Shown piece by piece: positions 9,498-19,178 of a DNA stretch of 64,000 bases (position 1 is the stretch's first letter; each line of letters starts with the position of its first letter). The notes below the pieces were generated by a model. That model had not been told where the DNA came from and did no database searches. It worked only from the letters and a program-made list of their open reading frames with translations. This DNA is from Candidatus Eiseniibacteriota bacterium (GTDB lineage Bacteria > Orphanbacterota > Orphanbacteria > Orphanbacterales > Orphanbacteraceae): contig JAJRWB010000076.1 in assembly GCA_024276995.1 (NCBI GenBank), forward strand, positions 164 to 64,163, written 5' to 3'. Position numbers and translations under genes: made by a program.

Positions 9498-10778
9498 CTA
9501 CTGGAGCCAGATGAAACGGACCTGGAAGTTGTCGTCCTTGACGTCGTCCAAGGAGCCGCCCCGTTTCTGCTGGACGTGCTTGAACTCGGTGATCACCTGG
9601 AAGCCATCGTTGAACGGATGGTTCACGAAGAGCGTGGCGCCCCACTTCTCGTTGTCGTCGACATCGGAAGACGGGTCGTACCAATCGTAGCGGCCGCCCA
9701 CCGTGGTGATCTCGGTCGGATGGAAATCGGCCTCGCCGAAGAATCCCTGGCTGGTGAACGTCTCGGTGTTGGCGTCCGCATCGGTCGGATAGTCGTCCTG
9801 GCCCCAGGCGAATCCGCCCTGCGCCTCGAACTTCGGCGTAAGAGCGTACGAGCCGTAGGCGGCGACCCGCTGGAAGCCGTTCTCGTAGCTCGTCGCGACG
9901 GCGTTCTTCGCGAGAGTATTCGGAAGATCCATCTTCCCGTAGTAGTAGTAGAGGGACAGTCCCGAGCCGGCGTCATCGAGCGCATGGTTGACGAAGAGCT
10001 GGATATCCTTCGAGTCCTGGTTCTCGGAGCCCGCAGGCTTCTGGAGATGACCGCCGGCGGCCGGGAAGGCCTTCCCGTCGGCCTCGTCGTAGTAGATCCC
10101 ATTGAACACGGTGGCGGAGAACGAAGTGTGGTTCTTCACGTACGCCAGTTCGACGCCGGCCTGGTCGAATCCCCACATCTTGAAGTAGGTCGACTCGGTG
10201 CCGTTGTTCGATGTCGAGCCCTGGAAGAAGGGACGGCTGAGCGAAAACGGACGATCGGAAGCACCATACCCTTCGAAGGGATGGAAAATACCGACCCGCC
10301 CGGAAAACCACTCATTCTCGGTCCCGCGGGTGTAGCGAAAATAGGCATTCTCGATTTCGACGAAGTCCTCATTCGCCATCGACATCTCGACGAGAGAACC
10401 GTAGTTCTTTCCGAACGAGCCGGAAAGGGGATAGACGGTCACCTCGTGAAGAGTGAGCTGGTTCGAAGTCGTCGCATCGGTGTCCCCGCCCATGTCCCGG
10501 CGCTTCACGTCGTACCGTGCCTGGACGCGCGCCGAGTAGACGTCGGCGTAGTTGAAGTCGCCGAGTTCCTTACCGATGTCGCTCGGGTCGCGGAACCCGG
10601 CCTTGCGGTAATTGAACCCGTACTCGTTCAGCCGCGGGACGGTCGTGTGGCAAAGGGCGCAGTCGGCCTTCTCCTTGCGCGCAAACGAGGGAATCGACCA
10701 CGCGTTTCGGGGAGTGAATACCCCGAGCGTGAGCAGCACCAGGAACATCGATCCTGCCAGTTTCCACCTGGTTTTCAT
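9498..10778 (-). CDS. Cyc2-like fused monoheme cytochrome c / outer-membrane beta-barrel porin
   Basis: Signal peptide ending AWS, then IPSFARKEKAD-CALCH-TTVPRLNEYG (PxFAR[QK], CxxCH and PxL motifs of the Cyc2 family); aromatic-rich beta-strands; terminal strand FQVRFIWLQ; AAGGAGGT ribosome-binding site. Confidence 0.8.
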   Translation of the reverse strand: MKTRWKLAGSMFLVLLTLGVFTPRNAWSIPSFARKEKADCALCHTTVPRLNEYGFNYRKAGFRDPSDIGKELGDFNYADVYSARVQARYDVKRRDMGGDTDATTSNQLTLHEVTVYPLSGSFGKNYGSLVEMSMANEDFVEIENAYFRYTRGTENEWFSGRVGIFHPFEGYGASDRPFSLSRPFFQGSTSNNGTESTYFKMWGFDQAGVELAYVKNHTSFSATVFNGIYYDEADGKAFPAAGGHLQKPAGSENQDSKDIQLFVNHALDDAGSGLSLYYYYGKMDLPNTLAKNAVATSYENGFQRVAAYGSYALTPKFEAQGGFAWGQDDYPTDADANTETFTSQGFFGEADFHPTEITTVGGRYDWYDPSSDVDDNEKWGATLFVNHPFNDGFQVITEFKHVQQKRGGSLDDVKDDNFQVRFIWLQ

Positions 10779-10959
10779 CTAAGGTACCTCCTTGCCCGAA
10801 AGAGTGCGGGCCTTTCTGGAAGACAGGGAGACGTCGGCCCGGCCGACCGTGGATTCCGGGAAAACCCGCCAGCACCCCCGATCGTTGGGACCCTGTCGGG
10901 CCGGACGCTCCCACTCCGATGATGGACGGTTCCATCCATCTACTTAACTATCTCGAATC

Positions 10960-10987
10960 AAGTTAGGATATTGCCGACGTATGTCAA
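10960..10987 (-). promoter_or_regulatory. Putative sigma70 promoter of the cyc2-like gene
   Basis: Minus strand TTGACA - 16 nt - TAACTT in an AT-rich intergenic region. Confidence 0.5.
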
Positions 10988-11276
10988 GGTAAAAGCATCG
11001 CTAATCCTGGATACTTTCCTCCCGGAAATAGCTAATATACTGCAATAAGATAATCCCCCCGCGGCGGGCGCCCATTTTTTCCCGCATTGTGTGAAGGCAA
11101 GGCGATGGTGCATAATGCCCGGGCGGGTCGACGCGCCCCTCACGAGGAACGCCGGTGATCGATGCCGGGGGGCGGGATCGGACGTCCGGGCCGATTCGCT
11201 CGGAGGGAGATCACCCCTTACCCGCCGTTCCCCGACCCGGGGGACGGAGCCGAGCCTTTCGCAGACAGGTACACGA

Positions 11277-13712
11277 ATGATTCCTTGCTTCGCCGCGCTT
11301 TTCCTTATCTCCTTCAGCACGCTCCTGGTGGAACTCGCCATGACGAGGGTGCTCGACGTGATTCTCACGTCGAACATGTCGTATCTCATTCTCACGTCGG
11401 CGATCTTCGCCTTCGGACTCGCCGGCATTGTGAATACACTCGGATCGGCGGGGAAGGAGAGGTCGGGCCTTCCCACGGCACGCATCGCCTTGCTCTTCTC
11501 TTTGTCGATCGCGGTGATCCTCCCCGCCTTCAACGTGATCCCCTTCGATTTCGATGATCTCACCGACGATCTCGTGAAGCAGCTGATCTCCTTCGGCCTG
11601 ATGTACGTCGTTCTCTTCCTCCCGTTCTTCCTTTCCGGGCTGATGATCATCCGGATCTTCGCCGCCTTCCCATCCCGGATCCAGGTGCTCTATTTCTTCG
11701 ATCTCGTCGGCGCCGCCGTCGGATGTGTCGCGGTGGTTCCCTTCGTCCCTCTCATCGGACCGGGCGGAATCCTCTTTCTCGCTTCCGCGCTGGCGATGGT
11801 CACCGCCGCCGTGTTCACACGGCGGAAGATTCGTGCCGTCGCGATGGCGGCGGCGGCCGTTCTTCTCGCGATCCTCCCCTTCCAGAAGCGGCCCGCGTAC
11901 TACGACTTCCACGAGCATACCGACAAGAGGGGGGTCCGCTACGCGCGGGAGCATTCGAGAATCGAGCGGACCGTGTGGGATCCGGTTTCGAAAATCGATG
12001 TTCTCGAATACGACGAAACGAGGAAGCATATCGCCTACGACGGGGGAACCCAGAGCAGTACGATCACCCGGTTCGACGGCAACCTCGAGAAGCTGCGCTC
12101 GCGGATCGATCGCTATATCGACGCCGATACGAAAGATTCCTCCTCGGGCGACAATATCATCCGAAGGCATTTCTGGTTCGCCGGCGTGCTGGCGGCCCAC
12201 TACCTGAAACGGGACAGCGGCCAGGAAGTGCTGATCATCGGGAGCGCGGGGGGACAGGAGACGAAGGCCGCCCTCGTCTACGGCGCGAAGAGCGTCGACG
12301 CGGTGGAGATGGTCGGCGCGGTGATGGACCTCGGCCGGCGACGGTACGCCGACTACAACGGGAATATCTTCAACAATCCCCGCGTACATCCCCGGGTCGA
12401 CGAGGGGCGGAGCTTCCTGCGCTCGTCGGGGAAGAAGTACGACATCATCCAGATCTTCAGCAACCACACGTCGTCGAGCATCGCCTCGGGCACCGGTGCG
12501 GTGGCCACGACGTACCTGCAGACTTCGGACGCGTACAGGGAATACTTCAGCCACCTGAAGGAGGACGGCATCCTGCAGGTGAATCACCACATCTTCCCCA
12601 AGATGATCACCACCGCCGCGCTCGGTTGGAAATCGATGGGGCGAACGGGTTTCAGGGACCACGTGGTGGTGTACGTGAGGAAGGACAGGAATGACACGCT
12701 CCCCACGTTCCTGGTGAAGATGACACCGTGGACCGCTTCGGAGATGTCGGATTTGGCGAGGCTGTTCGAGGGGGACCGCCCGGCGGATTCCGACCGGTTC
12801 GAGTTGGTTGAGAACCCTCTCGATCAGGACGGAAGCTATCTCTCCGATGAGTTCTACAGCGGCGACTTCCCGAGGGAATTGGCGGCGACGATTCCGTACC
12901 GCGTGTCGCCGTCCACCGATGACAGGCCGTATTTCAACACTCTTCGCAAGAGGTTCGGCGTCATGAGCGAGGACGGAAGGAACTTCGTAGACCACTCGAC
13001 GGCGATGATCCTCAACTCGCAGCTGAGAAAGGGGATTCCCATGGACGTGGCCCACCTCTTTCTCCTCGGCGCGGTCTCCGTCGTTGCGGCGTTCGCATTC
13101 ATCTTCGTCCCCTTGTTCGGTTCGAAGGCGGGGAGGACCGGGTGGGAGAGGAAGAACAGCTCGCTCGCCTATTTCTCGTGTCTCGGGGCGGGGTTCATCA
13201 TCTTGGAGGTCGTCTATATCCAGTTGTTCATGCGGTTCATCGGTCCCCCGTTGCACACCTTCTCGACGGTCGTGTTCTCCCTCCTTTTCGCGGCGGGAAC
13301 GGGGAGCTATTTTTCGAAGGGACTCCGCGTCGATTCGCCCGGCCGGTGGCCCTGGCCGTTCCTGGCGATCATCGGGTACGGTCTTCTCCTCCTTCTCCTC
13401 GGTCCGGGCCTGTTCGACCTTTTCCTCGGCGCGGACCGGGGGGTGCGCATAGGGATATCGTTCCTTCTCCTATTCCCGATCGGCTTCTTCCTCGGGATGC
13501 CTTTTCCCATGGGGATCCTCTTTCTCGAGAAGAAACCGGCCGGGGCGATCGCCTGGGCGTGGGGGATGAACGGACTGTTCACCGTGGTCGGCGGGCTGGC
13601 GTGCATGGGTGTTTCCATCTTCTACGGATTCCGGGCCACCCTCCTCATGGCGCTGGCGATCTACGCCCTCGCCCTCGTCCTGTACTCCCGGCTGAGAGGC
13701 TCAGGCGCCTGA
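11277..13712 (+). CDS. Polytopic membrane protein with central spermidine-synthase-like / class I SAM-binding domain
   Basis: TM blocks flank VLIIGSAGGQE...DAVEMV...EGRSFL...YDIIQ; TDDRPYF; C-terminal GMPFPMG and WAWGMNG; ATG at 11277. Confidence 0.8.
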   Translation: MIPCFAALFLISFSTLLVELAMTRVLDVILTSNMSYLILTSAIFAFGLAGIVNTLGSAGKERSGLPTARIALLFSLSIAVILPAFNVIPFDFDDLTDDLVKQLISFGLMYVVLFLPFFLSGLMIIRIFAAFPSRIQVLYFFDLVGAAVGCVAVVPFVPLIGPGGILFLASALAMVTAAVFTRRKIRAVAMAAAAVLLAILPFQKRPAYYDFHEHTDKRGVRYAREHSRIERTVWDPVSKIDVLEYDETRKHIAYDGGTQSSTITRFDGNLEKLRSRIDRYIDADTKDSSSGDNIIRRHFWFAGVLAAHYLKRDSGQEVLIIGSAGGQETKAALVYGAKSVDAVEMVGAVMDLGRRRYADYNGNIFNNPRVHPRVDEGRSFLRSSGKKYDIIQIFSNHTSSSIASGTGAVATTYLQTSDAYREYFSHLKEDGILQVNHHIFPKMITTAALGWKSMGRTGFRDHVVVYVRKDRNDTLPTFLVKMTPWTASEMSDLARLFEGDRPADSDRFELVENPLDQDGSYLSDEFYSGDFPRELAATIPYRVSPSTDDRPYFNTLRKRFGVMSEDGRNFVDHSTAMILNSQLRKGIPMDVAHLFLLGAVSVVAAFAFIFVPLFGSKAGRTGWERKNSSLAYFSCLGAGFIILEVVYIQLFMRFIGPPLHTFSTVVFSLLFAAGTGSYFSKGLRVDSPGRWPWPFLAIIGYGLLLLLLGPGLFDLFLGADRGVRIGISFLLLFPIGFFLGMPFPMGILFLEKKPAGAIAWAWGMNGLFTVVGGLACMGVSIFYGFRATLLMALAIYALALVLYSRLRGSGA

Positions 13713-13747
13713 GGGGGTGGGGCGGGTCGCGCGGGCCGGCCAAATCG

Positions 13748-13776
13748 TTTGCACATGTCGCCGATGCTGCTACAAT
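13748..13776 (+). promoter_or_regulatory. Putative promoter (extended -10) of recD2
   Basis: TTTGCA - 17 nt - TACAAT with TG immediately upstream of the -10. Confidence 0.45.
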
Positions 13777-13834
13777 GCCGGGGCGGCCTGCCGCGCAACC
13801 GTCTTTGCAGATCCCCAAGAAGACCAGGCAATCA

Positions 13835-16003
13835 ATGGAATCACTGGAAGGCACATTCGAACGGATCGTTTTCCGGAACCGGGAGAACGCATGGACCGTG
13901 GGGCGTCTCCGCGAAGAGGGAACCGAGAGGCTTCTCACCGTGACGGGACGGCTCCCGGGTGTCGCGGTGGGCGCTTTCCTCCGCGTCCACGGGAAGTGGG
14001 TGGACAACCCGAAGTTCGGAAGGCAGTTCGACGTCGCCTCCTTCGAAGAGCGCGCGCCCGTCACCGAGAGCGGCATCGAGAAATATCTCGCGTCCGGCCT
14101 GGTGAAGGGGATCGGGCCGGAGCTGGCGAAGAGGGTGGTCGGTCGCTTCGGCGAGAAGACGCTCGACATGATCGATTCCCATCCGGAAAAACTGCTCGCC
14201 GTCGACGGGATCGGGAAGAAGAGGCTCGCGCTGATCCGGGAAGGGTGGAGCGAGCAACGGAATGTCCGCGAGATCATGGTCTTCTTGAGCGATCTCCCCA
14301 TCGGCGGCGCCATGGCGGGACGGATCTACGAGAAGTACGGAGAGTCGACCGTGGAGGTGATCCGCACCGATCCGTACCTCCTCGCCGAGGAGGTGTTCCT
14401 CCTCGGTTTTCAGACCGCCGACCGGATCGCCCGGGCCGTCGGGATCGATATCGATTCACCCCGCCGGGCGGAAGCGGGGCTGCTCCATCTTCTCGCGAGG
14501 CTCGGCCAGTCGGGCCACGTCTGCTATCCGAAGGAGGAGCTGGTCCGCCGGGCGGCGGCGTTCCTCGAGATCGACGAGCTGCCGGCGCAGGAGGCGGTCG
14601 ACCGGCTCCGGGAGAAAGGGGCGGTCGTCGTGGACGACGTGGACGGCGACGAAGAGGCGGTCTACCGCGTCGAGATGGCGGAAGCGGAGGAGACGGTGGC
14701 GCGCCGCCTCGCCCGCCTCCTCCGTGCCGGGAAAGGGGATCGCCCGATCGATTCGTTCGAGGCGATCCGCTGGGCGGGCGAGGCGCTCGGCCTCGATCTC
14801 GGGGATGAGCAGAAAGAGGCGGTCGAAGCGGCGATCGAGGGTCGCGTCACGGTGGTCACCGGCGGCCCCGGCACGGGGAAGACGACGCTCGTTCGGTCGC
14901 TCGTGGCGATCCTGAGACGGAGCGGCGACGAAGTGCTCCTGTGCGCCCCCACCGGTCGGGCGGCGAAGAAGATGGAGGAGGCGACCGGTTCCCCCGCGAG
15001 CACGATCCATCGCCTCCTCGAATTCGATCCGAGGAGCGGCGAGTTCCAGAGGAACGAGAAGAGTCCTCTCACCGCGGGAACCCTCATTGTGGATGAAGTG
15101 TCGATGGTCGATCTGTTGCTGATGCACAGCCTACTCGCCGCGCTTCCCGGGGAGTGCCGTCTCGTCCTCGTGGGCGACGTCGACCAACTCCCGTCGGTGG
15201 GACCGGGGAACGTTCTCCGCGACCTGATCCGTTCGAAGCGACTGAAGACGGTTCGCCTGACGCGGATCTACCGGCAGGCGCGGGAGAGCGCCATCGTGGT
15301 GAACGCCCACCTGGTGAACGCCGGCGAGATGCCCCGCCTCTCCGAGAGCGGGGGGGACTTCCACTTCATCGAGGTGGCCGACGCGGATGAGGCGCTCGAG
15401 AGGATCAAGCGCCTTCTTTCGCGGGAGATCTACGAGCGATGGGGATTCGACGTGATCCGCGACGTCCAGGTGCTCACCCCGATGAATAAGGGGAAGGCGG
15501 GGGTGCACAACCTGAACCGTGAACTGCAGGCGCTCCTCAACCCGCGCGGACCGGAGGTGCGCCGCGACGAGAAGATCCTTCGGCTCGGCGACAAGGTGAT
15601 GCAGATTCGGAACAACTACGAGAAGGAGGTCTTCAACGGAGACGTCGGCCGAATCATGGAGATCGACCCGGGGAAAAGCGAAATGGCGATCCGTTTCGGC
15701 CGCCGCCGCGTCGATTATCCCTTCGGCCATCTCGACGAGCTGACCCTCGCCTACGCCGCGTCGGTGCACAAGTCGCAGGGGAGCGAATACCGGGGGGTGG
15801 TGATTCCTCTCCTGGGGGAGCATTTCCCCTTGCTCCAGAGGAATCTCCTCTACACCGCACTCACCCGGGGGAGGGAGATGGTGATCCTTCTCGGCACGAA
15901 AAGGACGGTGGCGATGGCGGTGCGAAACAACCAGATCCACAGGCGGTACTCCTTCCTCCGCGAGAGGATCCGTCGGGCGGTGGATGCCGGGGCGCCGTGC
16001 TGA
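13835..16003 (+). CDS. recD2: ATP-dependent RecD-like DNA helicase RecD2
   Basis: MESLEGTFERIVFRN start; HhH motifs (VKGIGP, VDGIG); GGPGTGKTT; DEVSMVD; GDVDQLPSVGPG; HKSQGSE. Confidence 0.94.
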   Translation: MESLEGTFERIVFRNRENAWTVGRLREEGTERLLTVTGRLPGVAVGAFLRVHGKWVDNPKFGRQFDVASFEERAPVTESGIEKYLASGLVKGIGPELAKRVVGRFGEKTLDMIDSHPEKLLAVDGIGKKRLALIREGWSEQRNVREIMVFLSDLPIGGAMAGRIYEKYGESTVEVIRTDPYLLAEEVFLLGFQTADRIARAVGIDIDSPRRAEAGLLHLLARLGQSGHVCYPKEELVRRAAAFLEIDELPAQEAVDRLREKGAVVVDDVDGDEEAVYRVEMAEAEETVARRLARLLRAGKGDRPIDSFEAIRWAGEALGLDLGDEQKEAVEAAIEGRVTVVTGGPGTGKTTLVRSLVAILRRSGDEVLLCAPTGRAAKKMEEATGSPASTIHRLLEFDPRSGEFQRNEKSPLTAGTLIVDEVSMVDLLLMHSLLAALPGECRLVLVGDVDQLPSVGPGNVLRDLIRSKRLKTVRLTRIYRQARESAIVVNAHLVNAGEMPRLSESGGDFHFIEVADADEALERIKRLLSREIYERWGFDVIRDVQVLTPMNKGKAGVHNLNRELQALLNPRGPEVRRDEKILRLGDKVMQIRNNYEKEVFNGDVGRIMEIDPGKSEMAIRFGRRRVDYPFGHLDELTLAYAASVHKSQGSEYRGVVIPLLGEHFPLLQRNLLYTALTRGREMVILLGTKRTVAMAVRNNQIHRRYSFLRERIRRAVDAGAPC

Positions 16004-16019
16004 GCGGGGGCGCCGTGCG

Positions 16020-17618
16020 ATGAGCCGCCGCAGCGCCGCCGTGCTCCTCGCGGTGATCGTCCTTCTCCGGTTCGTCTCGATGGGAGCGCCTCCTCTCTTC
16101 GACAAGACCGAGGGACGCTACGGCGAGATCGGCAGGGAGATGGCCGTCTCAGGCGACTGGATCACCCCGACGCTTCACGGGGGGGAGCCTTTCTGGGGGA
16201 AGCCTCCCCTTCATTTCTGGGCGACCGCCCTGTCGTTTCGTCTCTTCGGCGTGAACGAAACAGCGGCGCGCCTCCCCGGTTTTCTTGCCGGAATCGGAAT
16301 ATTGATCATAACTTACCGGCTCGCCCTCATGTTGTTTCGAGATCCTCCCGCCGCCCGGACCGCCGTCGTTCTCCTCGCCTCCTCGATGCTCCACTTCCTT
16401 CTCGGCGGCCAGGTTCTCCTCGACGGTACGTTCACCCTCACCCTCACCGGCGCCCTGGCGTCCTTCGGGAGGATCGTCGCGGGTGACCGCCGCAGGAGCG
16501 TCGGTCTCCTCTTTTTCGCGTTTCTCGGACTCGCCCTTCTCGCCAAGGGACCGATCGGCCCGGTGCTCGTGTTCCTCGCCGTGGCGATCCACGCCGCCTG
16601 GTCGAGGAGCACCGCCGCTTTTCGCGGGCTCCCTCTCCTGGCCGGTCCGATCGTCACCCTCCTCATCGCCGCCCCCTGGTACGTGCTCGCCGAACGGCGC
16701 ACCCCCGGCTTCCTTCGCTATTTCTTCGTGAATGAACACCTGCTCCGCTACACGAAGAGCGATTACGGCGACCTGTACGGCCACGGCCACGTGGCGCCCT
16801 ACGGCATGATCTGGCTTCTCGCCGCCGCCGCGTTCCTCCCGTGGACACCGCTTCTTGCCGTGCGCGCGTGGGGCGCGCTTCGCACCCCCCGGCGCGCGAC
16901 GGACAGGACGATCGACGACACCGAGTGCTTCTTATGGGCATGGGCGCTTGCCCCGCTCCTTTTCTTCACCCTCTCCCGTTCCCTCTCCTTCCCGTACATC
17001 TTCCCCGCCCTCCCCCCGTTCGCCCTCCTCGTGGTGCGCCGCTTCCGCGCGCCGTCGCGCGCCGTCACGCTCGGCGCCGGTATCACCGTCGCCCTTCTCC
17101 TCGCCGGTGCAGTGTACGGCGCCATCGATTTCGCGCCGCCGGCGCACGACACGGTACTCCTCGTCGCGCCGCTCCTGCTCATCGCTCTCGCCTTGGTCGT
17201 CGCCGGCCGTTTGCGCAACCGGTCGACGGCGCTGATCACCGCCGCCATGGTGATCCCGGCGGCGGTCACGCAACTCAGCCTCTTCTGGAGCGACGAGATC
17301 GGTGCGCAAAAGTCGACGCGTATCCTTGCCGACACGGTCGCACGGGACTGGGAGGAAGGCGATGTACTCTTCTTCGACGGTCTCCCCCTTTCGGCGGAGT
17401 TCTATTTCCGCGGCGCGGCGCGCGATCTTCATGGCGACGCCGCCGCCTTGGAAGAGGAAGCCGCCGCCGGGTGGGAGGAGAAGATTCTCTTTGTGCGAAA
17501 AGGCCGCGTGGAGTATCTTTCCTCGGCCGGATCATCCTTTCTCGAAAGGGAAGGAGAGGTCGGCCGGTACGTCCGGTACCGGTTCCGCGCGCCTGTGGGC
17601 GGTGCCCAAGAGGAGTGA
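16020..17618 (+). CDS. ArnT/PMT-family (GT-C) membrane glycosyltransferase
   Basis: EGRYGEIGREMAVSGDWITPTL..GEPFWGKPPL; LAKGPIG; multiple TM helices. Confidence 0.88.
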   Translation: MSRRSAAVLLAVIVLLRFVSMGAPPLFDKTEGRYGEIGREMAVSGDWITPTLHGGEPFWGKPPLHFWATALSFRLFGVNETAARLPGFLAGIGILIITYRLALMLFRDPPAARTAVVLLASSMLHFLLGGQVLLDGTFTLTLTGALASFGRIVAGDRRRSVGLLFFAFLGLALLAKGPIGPVLVFLAVAIHAAWSRSTAAFRGLPLLAGPIVTLLIAAPWYVLAERRTPGFLRYFFVNEHLLRYTKSDYGDLYGHGHVAPYGMIWLLAAAAFLPWTPLLAVRAWGALRTPRRATDRTIDDTECFLWAWALAPLLFFTLSRSLSFPYIFPALPPFALLVVRRFRAPSRAVTLGAGITVALLLAGAVYGAIDFAPPAHDTVLLVAPLLLIALALVVAGRLRNRSTALITAAMVIPAAVTQLSLFWSDEIGAQKSTRILADTVARDWEEGDVLFFDGLPLSAEFYFRGAARDLHGDAAALEEEAAAGWEEKILFVRKGRVEYLSSAGSSFLEREGEVGRYVRYRFRAPVGGAQEE

Positions 17619-17629
17619 TCATTCGGTAT

Positions 17630-18676
17630 ATGACGGGAATCGAATCAGCGGAAAAGGAATTCCCCCGCCCCCGCTGGAGAGCGATCGGCCGGGTGCTCGG
17701 CGTCGTGCGCCGTCTCCGGGCGGAGGAGTTCCTCTTCACCCTCCTTTTTCTTCCCTCCACGGTGATCACGCTGAAGGCGAATTTCGACCTCCACCAGACG
17801 GGTATTCATTCTCGGAAGATCGAAGGGGGCCTTCTCCGGCTCGCCGTCGTCGTTTTCGTGGCGCTTCTCGTTCCGTTTCTCCACCGAGTGAAAGGGAGGA
17901 TGAAGAGGGGCGCGGCCAGGGAGATCGTCCTCTTCTTCCGGACGTTCCTCCCTTTCGTCCTTTGCTCCGCCATCTACACGAACCTTCACGACACGATTCG
18001 CTACGTCAATCCCCACGACATCCATGACAAGCTCGTCGCCATCGAGGGATGGCTCTTCGGCGGCCAGCCGGTGGTGTGGGCGGAGCGGTTCATCACGCCG
18101 GCGCGAACCGATTTCTTCAGTTTCTTCTACACCAATTTCTTCCTCCTCACGATCATCGTACCGGTGGTGCTCTGGTTCACCGGCCGCCGCCGCGAAGCGC
18201 GGCAGGCGCAGCTCGGGATCATCATCTGTTTCTACACGGGGTATATCTTCTATATCCTCTTTCCCGCGGCGCCGCCGAGGCTCTATCTCGAGTCGCTCGG
18301 TGCGTTCTCCGTCGACCTGAAAGGAGGGGCGCTCACCACGTTTCAGCACGCCCTCGTGGAGATGATGCCGAACCATGCCTCGCGGGCGGCCTTTCCGAGC
18401 CTCCACACCGCCGTGAGCCTCGTGGTGCTCACGTACGCGTGGAAATACACAAGGAAGCTCTTCCTCCCGCTCCTCCTCTTCGTGATCGGCCTGCTCGCAT
18501 CGACGATCTACCTGAGACATCATTACGTGGTCGACTTGATCGCGGGGGCCGCCCTCGTGCCGTGGGCCTTTTGGATCACCCCCCACTTCGACCGGTGGTG
18601 GCGGGGCGGCCGACCGCCGTACGATCTCGGCGACGAGGAGGGCGGCGGCGTTGACATCGGCGTCACGCCTTCCTAA
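17630..18676 (+). CDS. PAP2-superfamily membrane phosphotransferase (Aur1/IPC-synthase-like)
   Basis: FPAAPPR, AFPSLH, STIYLRHHYVVDLIAG motifs; alternative GTG start at 17615. Confidence 0.85.
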   Translation: MTGIESAEKEFPRPRWRAIGRVLGVVRRLRAEEFLFTLLFLPSTVITLKANFDLHQTGIHSRKIEGGLLRLAVVVFVALLVPFLHRVKGRMKRGAAREIVLFFRTFLPFVLCSAIYTNLHDTIRYVNPHDIHDKLVAIEGWLFGGQPVVWAERFITPARTDFFSFFYTNFFLLTIIVPVVLWFTGRRREARQAQLGIIICFYTGYIFYILFPAAPPRLYLESLGAFSVDLKGGALTTFQHALVEMMPNHASRAAFPSLHTAVSLVVLTYAWKYTRKLFLPLLLFVIGLLASTIYLRHHYVVDLIAGAALVPWAFWITPHFDRWWRGGRPPYDLGDEEGGGVDIGVTPS

Positions 18677-18679
18677 ACT
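18651..18679 (+). promoter_or_regulatory. Sigma70-type promoter of trxA
   Basis: TTGACA - 17 nt - TAAACT. Confidence 0.6.
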
Positions 18680-18755
18680 CTCTGTGGATCGTTTGACGGG
18701 ACGATCCCCGTTACCGGCGCGCGCCGGAGTCCGCGGCTAACGAAAGGAGACTTCT

Positions 18756-19088
18756 GTGGCTTCCGAATACGTGATCGACGTCACCGACGGCGATTTCCAG
18801 GAGAAGGTCGTATCTTCCGAGGTGCCGATTATCGCCGATTTCTGGGCGGAATGGTGCGGGCCGTGCAAGCGGATCGGCCCCGTGCTCGAAGAGGTGGCCG
18901 GCGAGTACGGCGGGAAAATCATGGTGGCGAAAGTCGATGTCGACTCGAATCCGGGCACGGCATCGAGTTTCGGCATCCGGAGCATACCGACGCTCCTCTT
19001 CTTCCGGAATGGAGAGGTGGTGGACACCGTGATCGGCGCCGTCGGCAAGGACGAGATCACGAAGAAGATCGACAAGATTCTCGAATGA
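18756..19088 (+). CDS. trxA: Thioredoxin
   Basis: DFWAEWCGPCK, IRSIPTL; AAAGGAG ribosome-binding site. Confidence 0.97.
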   Translation: MASEYVIDVTDGDFQEKVVSSEVPIIADFWAEWCGPCKRIGPVLEEVAGEYGGKIMVAKVDVDSNPGTASSFGIRSIPTLLFFRNGEVVDTVIGAVGKDEITKKIDKILE

Positions 19089-19178
19089 CCCTTCCCGGGC
19101 CGCTCGAACCGTCCGGCCGGTCCGCTCCCGCAGCAGGCGGGGGCGGATCTTTTTTCCGGGCCTGAAAGGGACCGCCTC

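Noticed and set aside
13142..13834. N-terminal extension of RecD2 in the ORF track
   Set aside because: It overlaps the upstream membrane gene in another frame. Family similarity begins at ATG 13835, after a promoter-like site.
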